Both the position numbers and the translations under genes were made by a program. The notes below the pieces were generated by a model. The model was not told the DNA's origin. It did no database searches and saw nothing but the letters and a program-made list of their open reading frames with translations. From positions 186,001 to 250,000 of the forward strand of contig NIVC01000420.1 of assembly GCA_002269645.1 (NCBI GenBank): DNA of 64,000 nucleotides, in the 5' to 3' direction. Source of the DNA: Macrostomum lignano (Eukaryota). Positions 1 through 12,400 of the stretch are shown piece after piece. The number at the start of each line of letters is the position of its first letter. Position 1 is the first letter of the stretch.

Positions 1-439
1 GCGCAAACACCACGCAGGGTCGGCACCATTTCGCACCGAAGCAGGCCAGCACCAGATTCTTGTTGCTGTTCTTCTTCTTCTTCTCCTCCTGCTCGCTCTC
101 CGCCGAAAGCAGAGCCTGAAAGCTGGCGACTTCGGTTATCTCAACTAGGGCGCTCGTTGAAGCGGCAGAGTCCGAAGCGACAGAAGCCAGCTCTTCTGCG
201 GGATCGGCAAGAGCGCCGTTCACCAGCTGGCTCTCGTCTGCCGCGGTGGCATCCGCCGGCTTTGGCGCGGCGCCCATCTGCGAGTCCTGCGCCTTTTTTA
301 CTTTCGTTCGCTCTGACGACTTCTTCCCGGCCGCTCCGGCCGCAGAAGCAACAGCAGCAGCAGCAGCCGCCTGATTGTCTTTTGATTTTTGCTTCTTCGA
401 CTTTTTCTCTGCGGCGTTGGACGATGAACTCAGCGGCAT
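1..439 (-). CDS. Thioredoxin-domain protein, 5' part (runs off the left edge; absent from the ORF track)
   Basis: Manual translation from ATG at 439: MPLSSSSNAAEKKSKKQKSK...ALVEITEVASFQALLS...KNLVLACFGAKWCRPCVVFA. The LVLACFGAKWCRPC segment matches the thioredoxin pattern (VVVDFxAxWCGPC). CxxC lies at about 14-25. An in-frame TAA lies upstream of the ATG. Confidence 0.8.
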   Translation of the reverse strand, partial: MPLSSSSNAAEKKSKKQKSKDNQAAAAAAVASAAGAAGKKSSERTKVKKAQDSQMGAAPKPADATAADESQLVNGALADPAEELASVASDSAASTSALVEITEVASFQALLSAESEQEEKKKKNSNKNLVLACFGAKWCRPCVVFA

Positions 440-570
440 TCTTGGCTGTGTCTGAGCTCGAGGCTTTTAGCGAGGAGCTGGAAGGAGCTGAAAGCGCTTC
501 TAAATCATATTATAGCAAAGCAAAATATCTATGGCCAATAAATACATAATAAAACATATTCGCAGAAAAG

Positions 571-720
571 TCGCGGGCACCCGGGCGCAACGCCTTTAGA
601 GGTCTTTTCCCACATCCAGAAATGAGGCAATTCTGCCGATTCCACTGACTCGCACTGGGTGCCCGCAGGCACGCACTCAAGCATGTTCACTCTCTGTGCC
701 TTAAGGGTTGGCCCTCATGG
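571..720 (-). mobile_element. Truncated SINE-family copy related to 12466-12686
   Basis: gcgggcacccgggcgcaacg...cccacatccag...ctctctgtgccttaagggttggccctcatgg aligns by eye with 12466-12612. The tRNA-like head is absent and a tandem array starts at about 724. Confidence 0.6.
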
Positions 721-723
721 GCC

Positions 724-1290
724 CTCCATCATCCTCCCCTTGATTCTTCCTCATCCGCCCCTTGATCCTCCATCATCCGCCCCTTGATCCTCCATCATCC
801 GCCCCTTGATTCTCCCTCATCATCTCCTTGATCCTCCCTTCATCCGCCCCTTGACCATGCCTCATCCCTCCTTGATCCTCCATCATCCGCCCCTTGATCC
901 TCCCTGATCTGCCCCTTGATCCTCCCTTCATCCGCCCCTTGATCCTCCATCATCCACCCCTTGATTCTCCTTCATCCGCCCCTTGATCCTCCCTCATCCG
1001 CCCCTTGATCCTACCTCATCCCCCCTTGATCCTCCATCATCCGCCCCTTGATCCTCCATCACCCGCCCCTTGATCCTCCATCACCCGCCCCTTGATCCTC
1101 CCTCACCCGCCCCTTTGATCCTCACTCATCCGCCCCTTGATCCTCCCTCACCCGCCCCTTTGATCCTCACTCATCCGCCCCTTGATCCTCCCTCACCCGC
1201 CCCTTGATCCTCCATCATCCGCCCCTTGATCATCCATCATCCGCTCCTTGATCCTCCATCATCCGCCCTTTATCCTCCCTCATCCGCCCT
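724..1290. repeat. Minisatellite, about 22-bp unit CCGCCCCTTGATCCTCC(C/A)TCAT
   Basis: Tandem units visible directly. Confidence 0.9.
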
Positions 1291-1677
1291 TTCTTTTCTT
1301 ACAGCTGCATTACTAAACGCACAAGTAGATATGTAAAAATTCTAACAATAAAAATGTATTTGCGGACATCAAAAACAAGGAAAAGCATGAAGCTGAGCCT
1401 CTACCCGATTTTATTGCGTTCGGAATTACGTCGAGCAGTGAAAATCGACACCTGCCGCCGCCCGTTCATGGAGTTGGCACAAATTTTCTCGAAAAATTGC
1501 TTTTATGCAAATATTTTTTGGGGCTGCAGAAACCGCTGGCAGCGCTGGACTTCTTTGGACAGTTTTTTCGGATGGAATTTCGCGTCGTAATTATTGCTGC
1601 TCTATATATATAAGCACTATAAGCATATGATATTGCTGATGGCGCTGCGGCTACTGCGACACTGTGACAGTTTTCTA

Positions 1678-2170
<493 letters not shown>

Positions 2171-2172
2171 GA

Positions 2173-4641
2173 ATGCCCCGCTCAACAACAGCCAAGGAAG
2201 CAGTCAAAGCGGCTCCGTTGCTGGGCAAGAAGTCGCTGCTTTCGGTCGTGCTGTGCACCAATGCTTTCGCCGCGTTGCTAACGCTCACCATTTCCATGGC
2301 AACGGACTTTTGGATAGTGACTTTCGAATGGGAGGCGGAGCGGAACGGCACGCACAGGGTGACCGCGATCCACTCGGGACTCTGGCGCCTCTGCTCGGAG
2401 CAAAAGTTTGTGCCGAGCAGCAAGAAGACAGTGTTCATCTGGACCAAGGATGCAGGTTAGCAACTTTCCTACTGTTTTATTTTTAGGTTGAGATTCACAC
2501 AGTTTTCAAAACTTTTACGGAACCTGTCATCGCAGTCACATTCAACGGGCACCGAACCAACTGCACGAGGTACAACAGCTCGCATATTGCTGACGGCATC
2601 ACCTTCAAGTACCGGCGCGATGGAGGCGACATGAAACCGACTGACATTCGTGAGTTGAGCCACTTGAGCGTGTGAATTGAGTCTGTAAATGGAGTGTGTG
2701 AATTGAATCTGTAAATGGAGTGTGTGAATTGAGTCTGTGAATGGAGTGTGTGAATTGAGTCTGTAAATGGAGTGTGTGAATTGAGTCTGTAAATGGAGTG
2801 TGTGAATTGAATCTGTAAATGGAGTGTGTGAATTGAGTCTGTGAATGGAGTGTGTGAATTGAGTCTGTAAATGGAGTGTGTGAATTGAGTCTGTGAATGG
2901 AGTGTGTGAATTGAGTCTGTAAATGGAGTGTGTGAATTGAGTCTGTGAATGGAGTGTGTGAATTGAGTCTGTGAAGGAGTGTGTGAATTGAGTCTGTGAA
3001 TGGAGTGTGTGAATTGAGTCTGTGAATGGAGTGTGTGAATCGAGTCTGTGAATGGAGTGTGTGAATTAAGTCTGTGAATGGAGTGTGTGAATTGAGTCTG
3101 TGAATGGAGTGTGTGAATTGAGTCTGTGAATGGAGTGTGTGAATTGAGTCTGTGAATGGAGTGTGCGAATTGAGTCTGTGAATGGAGTGTGCGAATTGAG
3201 TCTGTGAATGGAGTGTGTGAATAAAGCTTGTGAATGCAGTCTGTGAATAGAGTCTACGAACGAGTTTGTGATTAAATCTGAAAATGATCCATCGAGGTTC
3301 ACGAGACTGTGAACAAAGTTTGTGAATACGTGAATGGAGGATAGTAATGGAGTTTCTGAACCGATTCTGAACAGATCAGTCCGTGAATAGACTCTTTCTT
3401 ATCCCGCATGCCAGTAGCTCAACCACAGAATTCTGTGAGCTCAACAACCGGCATAGCAACCAAATAAACTTGCTTAATTCTCAGACATCGTGCAGGCCGC
3501 CAGTCCTTTGCCTCTGGCCGGCTCTATCCTCGCCATTTCCGCCTCCATCGCCGCTCTTCGCTCCGCCTACCGGCCGCAGTCAACCCGGCCGGTGCTTCTC
3601 GGCGGCGGCCTCTATGTGATATCGGGTAAGCGAGATAGTTTCTGAGCAGCTGCGTCATGCTACTTACTGTCAGTAGAGTAATTTGCGTATCAACTTTTCT
3701 CATACAGATTAGCAAAAGGCGCTTTAAAACAAGATTTTTTCTCCACCAGAAAAATATAAGACATCCGCTCACACCAGATGAATAAAATTAACATCCGCTC
3801 TCTACCAGTCAATTTAAACAAAAATCCGCTCTTTACCAGTCAATTCAAACAAGCACATCCGCTCTCTACCAGTCAATTTAAACAAAAATCCGCTCTCTAC
3901 CAGTCAACTCAAACAAGCACATCCGCTCTCTACCAGTCAATTCAAACAAAAAATCCTCTCTCTTCTGATTAATCACAATTGACATCCGCTCTCTACCAGC
4001 CAACCACCGCTCTCTCCCCACCCGAATCGCCCCCAGGCCTGTTTCTCCTCATCGGTATAGTGCTCTACATCGGCAACGTGTCTCAGGCATTCGACGGCTC
4101 CTCTGGCGGCGTCTCCTCGGACAACAAGTACGCCTACGCCTACGGCTACTCGTTCCACCTGTTCATTGTGGGCTTCAGCCTGTCCGAGACGGCCGGGGTG
4201 CTGGCCGTGTACCTTCACCTGGCTCGGGCTCGGCACTCAGACTCCAACAACGCCAGCGGCTGCAGCAACAGCAGAGTCGGAGTCAGAAATCCGAAAGGCA
4301 GCGCCAGCTGCAACGCCTTGATGGCTAATGATGATGAGGATCAGCTCCGTCGGCAGCCGGAGGACGAGGCAGCCGTCGACACCCCCGACTGGCCATCGCC
4401 GCCGCCACTGGTCGGAGATAAGCCGCCGCTGAGCATGTCGTGGCATTCCGCGATGGCCGCTGGTAGGTCTTTAGCCGCCGACGCCGCCCCGACGAGGTCC
4501 TGGAGTCACGCGGCCGGTGCCAGCTGCCAGTGCCTGCCGCAGGAGGAGTCCCAGCTGCTGCCGACAACAGCGACAATGTCGTCAACGATGTGTCGCTGTT
4601 CGATTGGCAGCGGCAAGCTGGTGAAGACGACTCTGGTGTGA
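2173..4641 (+). CDS. Stargazin/TARP-like (CACNG/claudin superfamily) tetraspan protein, 4 exons, about 380 aa
   Basis: Exons 2173-2455, 2536-2649, 3485-3625 and 4037-4641; all introns are GT-AG, phase 1. Motifs: [15 protein letters not shown], second extracellular Cys (NCTRY), [10 protein letters not shown] (TM2), [30 protein letters not shown] (compare stargazin IAEMVGVLAVH). The C-terminal KTTLV is a class I PDZ ligand. Confidence 0.85.
2661..3225. repeat. 26-bp minisatellite GTGTGTGAATTGAGTCTGTGAATGGA in TARP intron 2
   Basis: Tandem units visible directly. Confidence 0.93.
3765..4000. repeat. About 36-bp tandem repeat (ACATCCGCTCTCTACCAGTCAATT...) in TARP intron 3
   Basis: About 6 diverged units ending near the exon 4 acceptor. 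Confidence 0.8.
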
Positions 4642-4905
4642 AAACTTTCTCAGTTTGTTTGTTTGCGAGGACTGACCCGCAGCTACCGGGGGGCGAGAAG
4701 TCACGGTCCGTTCTGGTGACCCCTGAGCACCCGCGAACAGACACGCTCTCATGCACTAAAGACTACTCAAGTAGAAGAAAAGTTTTGGGAAATTGGAAAA
4801 TTTTAGGAAGCAGGTTTTTTCCTAAAAATACATTTCGGAGATACGAGGTTTTCATTTTTTCAGCACAAAAATTGTTATTGCATTAGATAGGAGACAGCTA
4901 AGACC

Positions 4906-5345
4906 CACAGATATTAGAATAACTAGAGGGGCAACATGGCAAATTGGCGTGTAAGCTACTTTCAGTTCAGTAGTAAGTTAAACTGAAGCATTTTAATGTA
5001 TTTTACAAGCCAAGGCTCATTTATTGGCTCTTACCCCAGCTTAAACCCTCCAACCTTTCCACACTACCCCCGCCCCGCCCCAGTTTTTATTGCCTTCCTC
5101 GGAATTCCAGCCTAAAGCTGCCATGTACATTTCAGTGGACTGGCCAATGTACATTATTGCTGGACCAATTAGCAAGTTGTTTACGCCTGAAAGCTTGGGC
5201 TTCTAAACTTATCAAAGTCATTTCAGCTGGTTTTATTTTTATAAAATAGCTTATGTATTCTTCTTTGCTACTGAACTGAAAGTAGAAAGCTGCTTTACTA
5301 AGTATATATGCCTGAGTGGCCCATCTAGTTACTTTAATAATAGTG
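4906..5345. mobile_element. MITE-like non-autonomous DNA element, copy 1
   Basis: About 440 bp, with imperfect TIRs (CACAGATATTAGAATAACTAG / CTAGTTACTTTAATAATAGTG) and subterminal inverted CTACTTTCAGTTCAGTAG. An inverted homologous copy lies at 36399-36873. Confidence 0.75.
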
Positions 5346-5468
5346 CTAGTATATATTTTGATATGCTGTGTCTTTCTTATAGGTCTATTGATTTTCATAA
5401 AGTTTTTCGTTTAGAAAAATAGGATTTCCATGTCAATTTTATATACTCTACGTACAATCGGACATGTA

Positions 5469-5590
5469 CTGTGCCTAAAAATCTTAATCAATTTTATCAT
5501 TCTTAGCTTAATGATAGAATGATAAAAATAGATTCATGAAACCAATGAGTCGATCGAGTTGAGCCATTTTTAAATGATTTTTAGGCACAG
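5469..5590. mobile_element. Small foldback/MITE-like element
   Basis: Perfect 15-bp inverted repeat CTGTGCCTAAAAATC (5469-5483) / GATTTTTAGGCACAG (5576-5590), with a nested internal inverted repeat. No TSD recognised. Confidence 0.45.
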
Positions 5591-6099
5591 GACGTGAACG
5601 AAGACTAAAAAAATAGCATAGAATCCCAAGTTTCTAAACGAAAAGCTTAACTAACATCAAACGAACATCATCGTTGTCGTACACACGCGCTCACGCAGGG
5701 TTTACAACGGCCAAGTAAGTGAGCGAGTAACAGGTTTGAGCTGATGCCACCAGTTCGCACTCCTGAGCTCTGTGCTAGCAGATTCGGGCATATTTTATCT
5801 TTATAACCATTCTAGGCTCGATAAACACTACTGAAATGTTGGGGTTTATCAGTAGCTAATAAAGACATTAATAGTTTTAATATTTACAACACTCGTTATA
5901 TTTTTTCCTAATTAACGCGCTGTTCGCACCAACTGATGCTTTGTGCTTTTTTATTTATGATTATAATTTATGGTTACGGATGCACTCGCACCGAATATGA
6001 ATCTTTCTACTGAGAAGTATTGTTAAATTCTGTACAATCAATTATTCATTGTCACTACGAGCTTTGTGCTATGCCTTTCACTTCCTTAGTAAACTATAA

Positions 6100-6985
6100 A
6101 CTCGATTTCTCATCCATCTCTATTTCCTGTTCTATCTTCATACATCTATCTGTTCTAACCCCATATCGCTATTCTCTCCCCATCTCCATTGTTACCGCAT
6201 ATCTACTCTCATCTTTTATCCAATCTCTCGCCATATCTATTCTCACCACATATCTTTTCTCATCACATTTCTATTCTCACCACATATCTTTTCTCACCCT
6301 ATATCTATTCTCACCACATATCTATTCTCATCACATATCTTTTCTCATCACATATCTATTCCTACCACATATCTTTTCTCTCCCCATATCTATTCTCACC
6401 ACATATCTTTTCTCTCCCCATATCTATTCTCACCACATATCTTTTCTCATCACATATCTATTCTCACCACATATCTTTTCTCACCCTATATCTATTCTCA
6501 CCACATATCTATTCTCATCACATACCTTTTCTCATCACATATCTATTCTCACCACATATCTTTTCTCTCCCCATATCTATTCTCACCACATATCTATTCT
6601 CACCACATATCTTTTCTCATCACATATCTATTCTCTCCCCATATCTATTCTCACCACATATCTATTCTCATCACATATCTTTTCTCATCACATATCTATT
6701 CTCACCACATATCTATTCTCACCACATATCTATTCTCTCCCCATATCTATTATTACCCCATATCTAATCTCATCTTATATCCAATCTCTTGCCATATCTA
6801 TTCTCACCACATGTCTATTCTCATCGCATGTCTATTCTAACCAAATATCTATTTTCACCTTATCAATTCTATCTCCATATCTATTCTCTCCCCATATCTA
6901 TTCTCTCCCCCATATCTATTCTCTCCCCCATATCTATTCTCTCCCCATATCTATTCTCACCTCATATCTATACCTATCAGCCATT
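6100..6985. repeat. About 17-bp minisatellite ATATCTATTCTCACCAC
   Basis: Visible directly; source of the 336-aa and 192-aa low-complexity ORFs. Confidence 0.92.
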
Positions 6986-7758
6986 CTCTTTCTTGGTGTA
7001 GCCCAGCATCCAGGAGACTCCAAGCAATAATTAATAAATTGAATAGAGAACACAGCCGCTCAAATTTGATCTAATTTATTTTATATTTTCCAATAATGAC
7101 TATAGTTATTATAGTTGCATCACAAGGAGCGCAAAATTAACATCTCAATCACAATCAATAAACTAGGTTAACATCAGTGCACTGACACTAGACTTAAAGT
7201 TTCTGTCAATACGAATTAGTAAAAGTACAAACAATTGATTCCTGGCTCAGTCGCAGTGGAAATTTTTGAATTAAAAATCCTACAGCTGTTTCCCGACCCA
7301 GATTTCAACCGTCGACACAATTTTGCGCATAAACAAAATGAACTTTTATCGAACAGGCCAAAAACAGAATGGGGGATTTGTAGACTGAAAAATTTGGGAT
7401 AACATGTTTTTCTCGTCGGGGATTGCAGACACAGACCGAGTGCTCCAGGGAAATTGCGAGTTTTTTTATTGCCTTGCAATTTGAACAGAAAAATATAGCG
7501 GAAACCGTTTCCTTCCCGAGATGAAATTAATAATTTTTTTCCGCATATGAGTTTGGCTGAAATTCGATCCTTCTACTGAGAGACTTCGCTGTAGGAGATA
7601 AAAATATGATAAAGGACTCCGGATAGGCAAACGCTAATCGCCGATTCTTAATATCGTGTCTTGGGACTTCGATTCGTGTCGCGGAATGACTATGTGCATG
7701 GGTAAGTATTCTTAAAGGAATTTCTAAAGTATTTTATCGCGAGAGCATTATTCAGCCC

Positions 7759-9322
7759 TCTCTATCCCACACTCTCTATCCCACACTCTCTATCCCACAC
7801 TCTCTATCCCACACTCTCTATCCCACACTCTCTATCCCACACTCTCTATCCCACACTCTCTATCCCACACTCTCTATCCCACACTCTCTATCCCACACTC
7901 TCTATCCCACACTCCCTATCCCACACTCTCTATCCCACACTCTCTATCCCACACTCTCTATCCCACACTCTCTATCCCACACTCTCTATCCCACACTCTC
8001 TATCCCACACTCTCTATCCCACACTCTCTATCCCACACTCTCTATCCCACACTCTCTATCCCACACTCTCTATCCCACACTCTCTATCCCACACTCTCTA
8101 TCCCACACTCTCTATCCCACACTCTCTATCCCACACTCTCTATCCCACTCTCTCTATCCCACACTCTCTATCCCACACTCTCTATCCCACACTCTCTATC
8201 CCACACTCTCTATCCCACACTCTCTATCCCACACTCTCTATCCCACACTCTCTATCCCACACTCTCTATCCCACACTCTCTATCCCACACTCTCTATCCC
8301 ACACTCTCTATCCCACACTCTCTATCCCATACTCTCTATCCCACACTATCTATCCCACACTCTCTATCCCACACTCTCTATCCCACACTCTCTATCCCAC
8401 ACTCTCTATCCCACACTCTCTATCCCACACTCTCTATCCCATACTCTCTATCCCACACTATCTATCCCACTCTCTCTATCCCACACTCTCTATCCCACAC
8501 TCTCTATCCCACACTCTCTATCCCACACTCTCTATCCCACACTCTCTATCCCACACTCTCTATCCCACACTCTCTATCCCACACTCTCTATCCCACACTC
8601 TCTATCCCACACTCTCTATCCCACACACTCTATCCCACTCTCTCTATCCCACTCTCTCTATCCCACACTCTCTATCCCACACTCTATCCCACACTCTCTA
8701 CCCCATACTCTCTATCCCACACTCTCTATCCCACACTCTCTATCCCACACTCTCTATCCCACTCTCTCTATCCCACACTCTCTATCCCACACTCTCTATC
8801 CCACACTCTCTATCCCACACTCTCTATCCCACACTCTCTATCCCACTCTCTCTATCCCACTCTCTCTACCCCATACTCTCTATCCCACTCTCTCTATCCC
8901 AAACTCTCTATCCCACACTCTATCCCACACTCTCTATCCCATACTCTCTATCCCACACTCTATCCCACTCTCTCTATCCCACTCTCTCTACCCCATACTC
9001 TATCCCACACTCTCTATCCCACACTCTCTATCCCACTCTCTCTATCCCACTCTCTCTATCCCACACTCTCTATCCCACACTCTCTATCCCACACTCTCTA
9101 TCCCACACTCTCTATCCCACACTCTCTATCCCACACTCTCTATCCCACACTCTCTATCCCACACTCTCTATCCCACTCTCTCTACCCCATACTCTCTATC
9201 CCACACTCTCTATCCCACACTCTCTATCCCACACTCTCTATCCCACTCTCTCTATCCCACACTCTCTATCCCACACACTCTATCCCACTCTCTCTATCCC
9301 ACACTCTCTATCCCACACTCTC
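7759..9322. repeat. 14-bp minisatellite CTCTATCCCACACT (about 110 copies)
   Basis: Visible directly and highly homogeneous. Confidence 0.97.
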
Positions 9323-9487
9323 AAGCTCGTATCCCACACTAACGATCCCATTAATGCTCAAATTTCCAAAGTGCTCAAATCTCAGTCCCAATGTGAAACC
9401 CCAATTAAATAAATCCGCTTAAGTCCGTTGAAAATCGCAGGTGGGCGCTAGCGCAGTGAACAATGAATTCCCCGAACAGAAACTACT

Positions 9488-12400
9488 CTAAGCCTCGTCA
9501 TCCGGCTGACTGCGCAGGCGCAGCCTCGCGAAGTCTTCGAATACCAGATCCTCGTCTCCGGCAGGTTTTGCCGCGGTCTTGTCGGCTGGTCCTGACCGTC
9601 CAGCTGGATCAGGTTCCCCTCGGCCGGTGGTGCCTCGGAGCCGCCGGCGTCTCCCGCATCGGGTGTCGCCGTCGCGGGTTCCTCAGTCTCGTCGTCGACC
9701 TCGTCCAGCTCGTCCGGCGGTTTCGGGTGGGTCAGCACAAACGGCAGCTCCAGGCAGACGTCGGACGAACCAAAGCCGAGCACTAGGCGGACCTTGACTC
9801 GATAGTTGACTACGATGCCGAGGTTCTCCTTGGACTGGCTGGAGTCCTTCATGATGGTGCTGCTGGCCAGGTTCGTGTCCTCGTGCTTCAGCTGACCGTC
9901 GAGTGCCAGGCCACGTTTGTCGCGGTTGTTCACCAGCAGCGGGCAGACGTGGAAGACGCGGCACCAGCCAGTCTGGCCGGGCCCGATCGGGAAGCCCTCC
10001 TCAGATTCGATCTCGGCCACGTTGCACTTGTAACTATTGGGGCTGAACAGGCAGATGTCAGCCACTTGTCGAACTGAGATTCGAACTTTTTTAGCCGTCT
10101 TTCCGGTGTTGTTGTCAACGAGTAGATTGACCGCGATCGATTCGCCGTGGTAGTACTTCTCCTTGTCGAGGCTGGCCTCCAGGCGCAGGGTGCCTGCGCT
10201 CATGCGGAACTCCTTCGTTACCTGCGAAATGGCAAGATCGCACGGCGCGATCAGATTCACACTTTGAACTTTTCATATGACCGCCGTGACCTGCTCTGGT
10301 TTCTCTTACCCTGACTGCTCACACTCCTACCCTGATTGCTCACACCCCTAACCTGATTGCTCATACCTCTAATCTGGCTGCTCATATCTATAGACTTGTT
10401 GCTCATATCTCTAATCTGGTTGGTCATATCTAAACTCTGATTGCTCATATATATACTCTGGTTGGTCATAATACTCTGGTTGGTCATATCTATACTCTGA
10501 TTGCTCTTATCTATACTCTGGTTGCTCATATCTCTAATCTGGCTGCTCATATCTATACTCTGGTTGCTCATATCTATACTCTGGTTGCTCAAACTCCACA
10601 TTTACAGCTTAATTTCCAAGAAAACCCTTTTAGTGCTTAAGTTGTCCTGTTTACAGGTTGTCCTCAAGCGGCACTTCAAAGCCAGTGGAACCGCGGCCTG
10701 TTTGCAGCCGCCTGCACATTCAGCTCTGGATAGTCAAGTACAGAGCTGCAGATGGGGCAAAACAATTATAGTTGTTGTACCCCTGTAGTCAATAGGCGGC
10801 ATTCTGTCACTCTCAGCATAGTGGATCCCATCGGGATGGGCGCAGAGCATTCAAGCCTGAATCAGCATCAACCGCCCTCAGCATCCGGCACAACCCCCTC
10901 CGCCCCATCCATCCCCTTCCTTCGTCTCCAATGCAAATTTTGCTATTTGATGTTTTTATGAGCTCTTGAAAGCGATTGCGCACTTTTTTCTGTCCCTACC
11001 CTGTGCCCTTATCTCTGCTTATCCATTTCTCTTCATAGATTTAAGCCTGTATATGTTTCAAACCCCTACGAGTATTTCCCATAGCATCAAGCGTTTATTA
11101 TTTAGCAAAAAATGAATTTCCAATAGTAGGCAGTCAGCCAAGTCAATGTGTGTGACGCAGCTGCTAGATAAAAATAGACACATTTAGCTTGTGTCTTGAA
11201 GAAGCATAAAATTCTATTTGTTCGGTAGCCGAATTACCACCCCTGATTTCGAAGCTGCGCTGCATACCGAAGCTATAGCTCTTGACAGTAGGCAGAAGTT
11301 GTTTTAAAAGATCTTCCTTCAAGGTCTGAGGCTTGGTTTGAGCAGCAATCTCGTATTTGAGCCGCGCGAGTCGGAAAATACACTGTCGAAAAAAACTGTC
11401 TTCAAAAAATTGGCGATAGCGGACCTGACTTTCATTGGCACCCACTCTTTCCTTCGATCGTTGGCTTTCATGGACGGAAGAATCATACGAAAAATTTACC
11501 TATAAGACTTTTTGAACGCGTAGCTGGGTCGGACCCGTTGTGTATAGATAAATGGTAAAGATAAAAAGATACCGATCGATAAAGTAGACTAAGAGCCACC
11601 CTTTGCTGCGCCAGTAAGCAACTTCTCTCGGACTATAGACCATTCTGAATTAACCATTGTAGTTCAAATGTTGCTACCAGGTTTACGAAACTCGTAAATA
11701 AACGATTTTGTCGCAACTGTTCAGCAATCTGCGGAGTCCCTCTGCTGAACTCTTGGCTTTACAAAGCGTCAGACATGCTCGATGGGTTCGTGTCTGGAGG
11801 AGAGACTATGATCACCGATGGCTTTCTAAACTTTTTGAGTCATATGGCAGTGTGAGTTAGACGAGGCGTTGGGGTAAAATGGCCTCTACTGCTCACCTCA
11901 GCAGTGGGCTGCGGCCCGGGCTCCTCTGGCGCATAGGTGAGCTTCCGGATGGCCAGGGTGACAGTGCTCCTCTTGTGCGTCTTCCCGTCAGCTTGGTCGG
12001 CAACGTAAGTCTTTAACTCGTAGTCCACGCCGCACGGCTTGCCACCGTCGTTAGCCCCCGGCTGCAGGGTGACGGACGCCGGGCTCTGCTGGGGCGGCAG
12101 CTCAAAGTAGAATGGATGCGCGTTCTCGCCAAGCTTCTTCATCAGGCGCTTCTGCAGCCGGGTCGGCGGTCTGGTGTCCTCCCCCAACGGCGGGCAGACC
12201 TGCATGCAGGCGATGTACAGGTCCTTGCGGAATGTCAGGCCCAGGACGTCGAGGTCCTCGCGTCCGTAGCGGAATGCGGCGAGAACGTGGACGAAAACCT
12301 TCAAAAACGTAAGCGGGGTTAGGTGGTGCTAGTTCGATGACGCAGCACTCACACAGGATGCACACGTGACAACTAAAGTACGATTTCAGTGCTTTAGTAC

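Noticed and set aside
157-549. 130-aa plus-strand ORF
   Set aside because: It is the antisense shadow of the thioredoxin-domain exon on the minus strand.
6020-7030. 336-aa hydrophobic ORF
   Set aside because: It is a low-complexity translation of a 17-bp minisatellite.
11164-11445. 93-aa ORF nested in arrestin intron 2
   Set aside because: It starts at GTG and has no recognisable motif or splice context.
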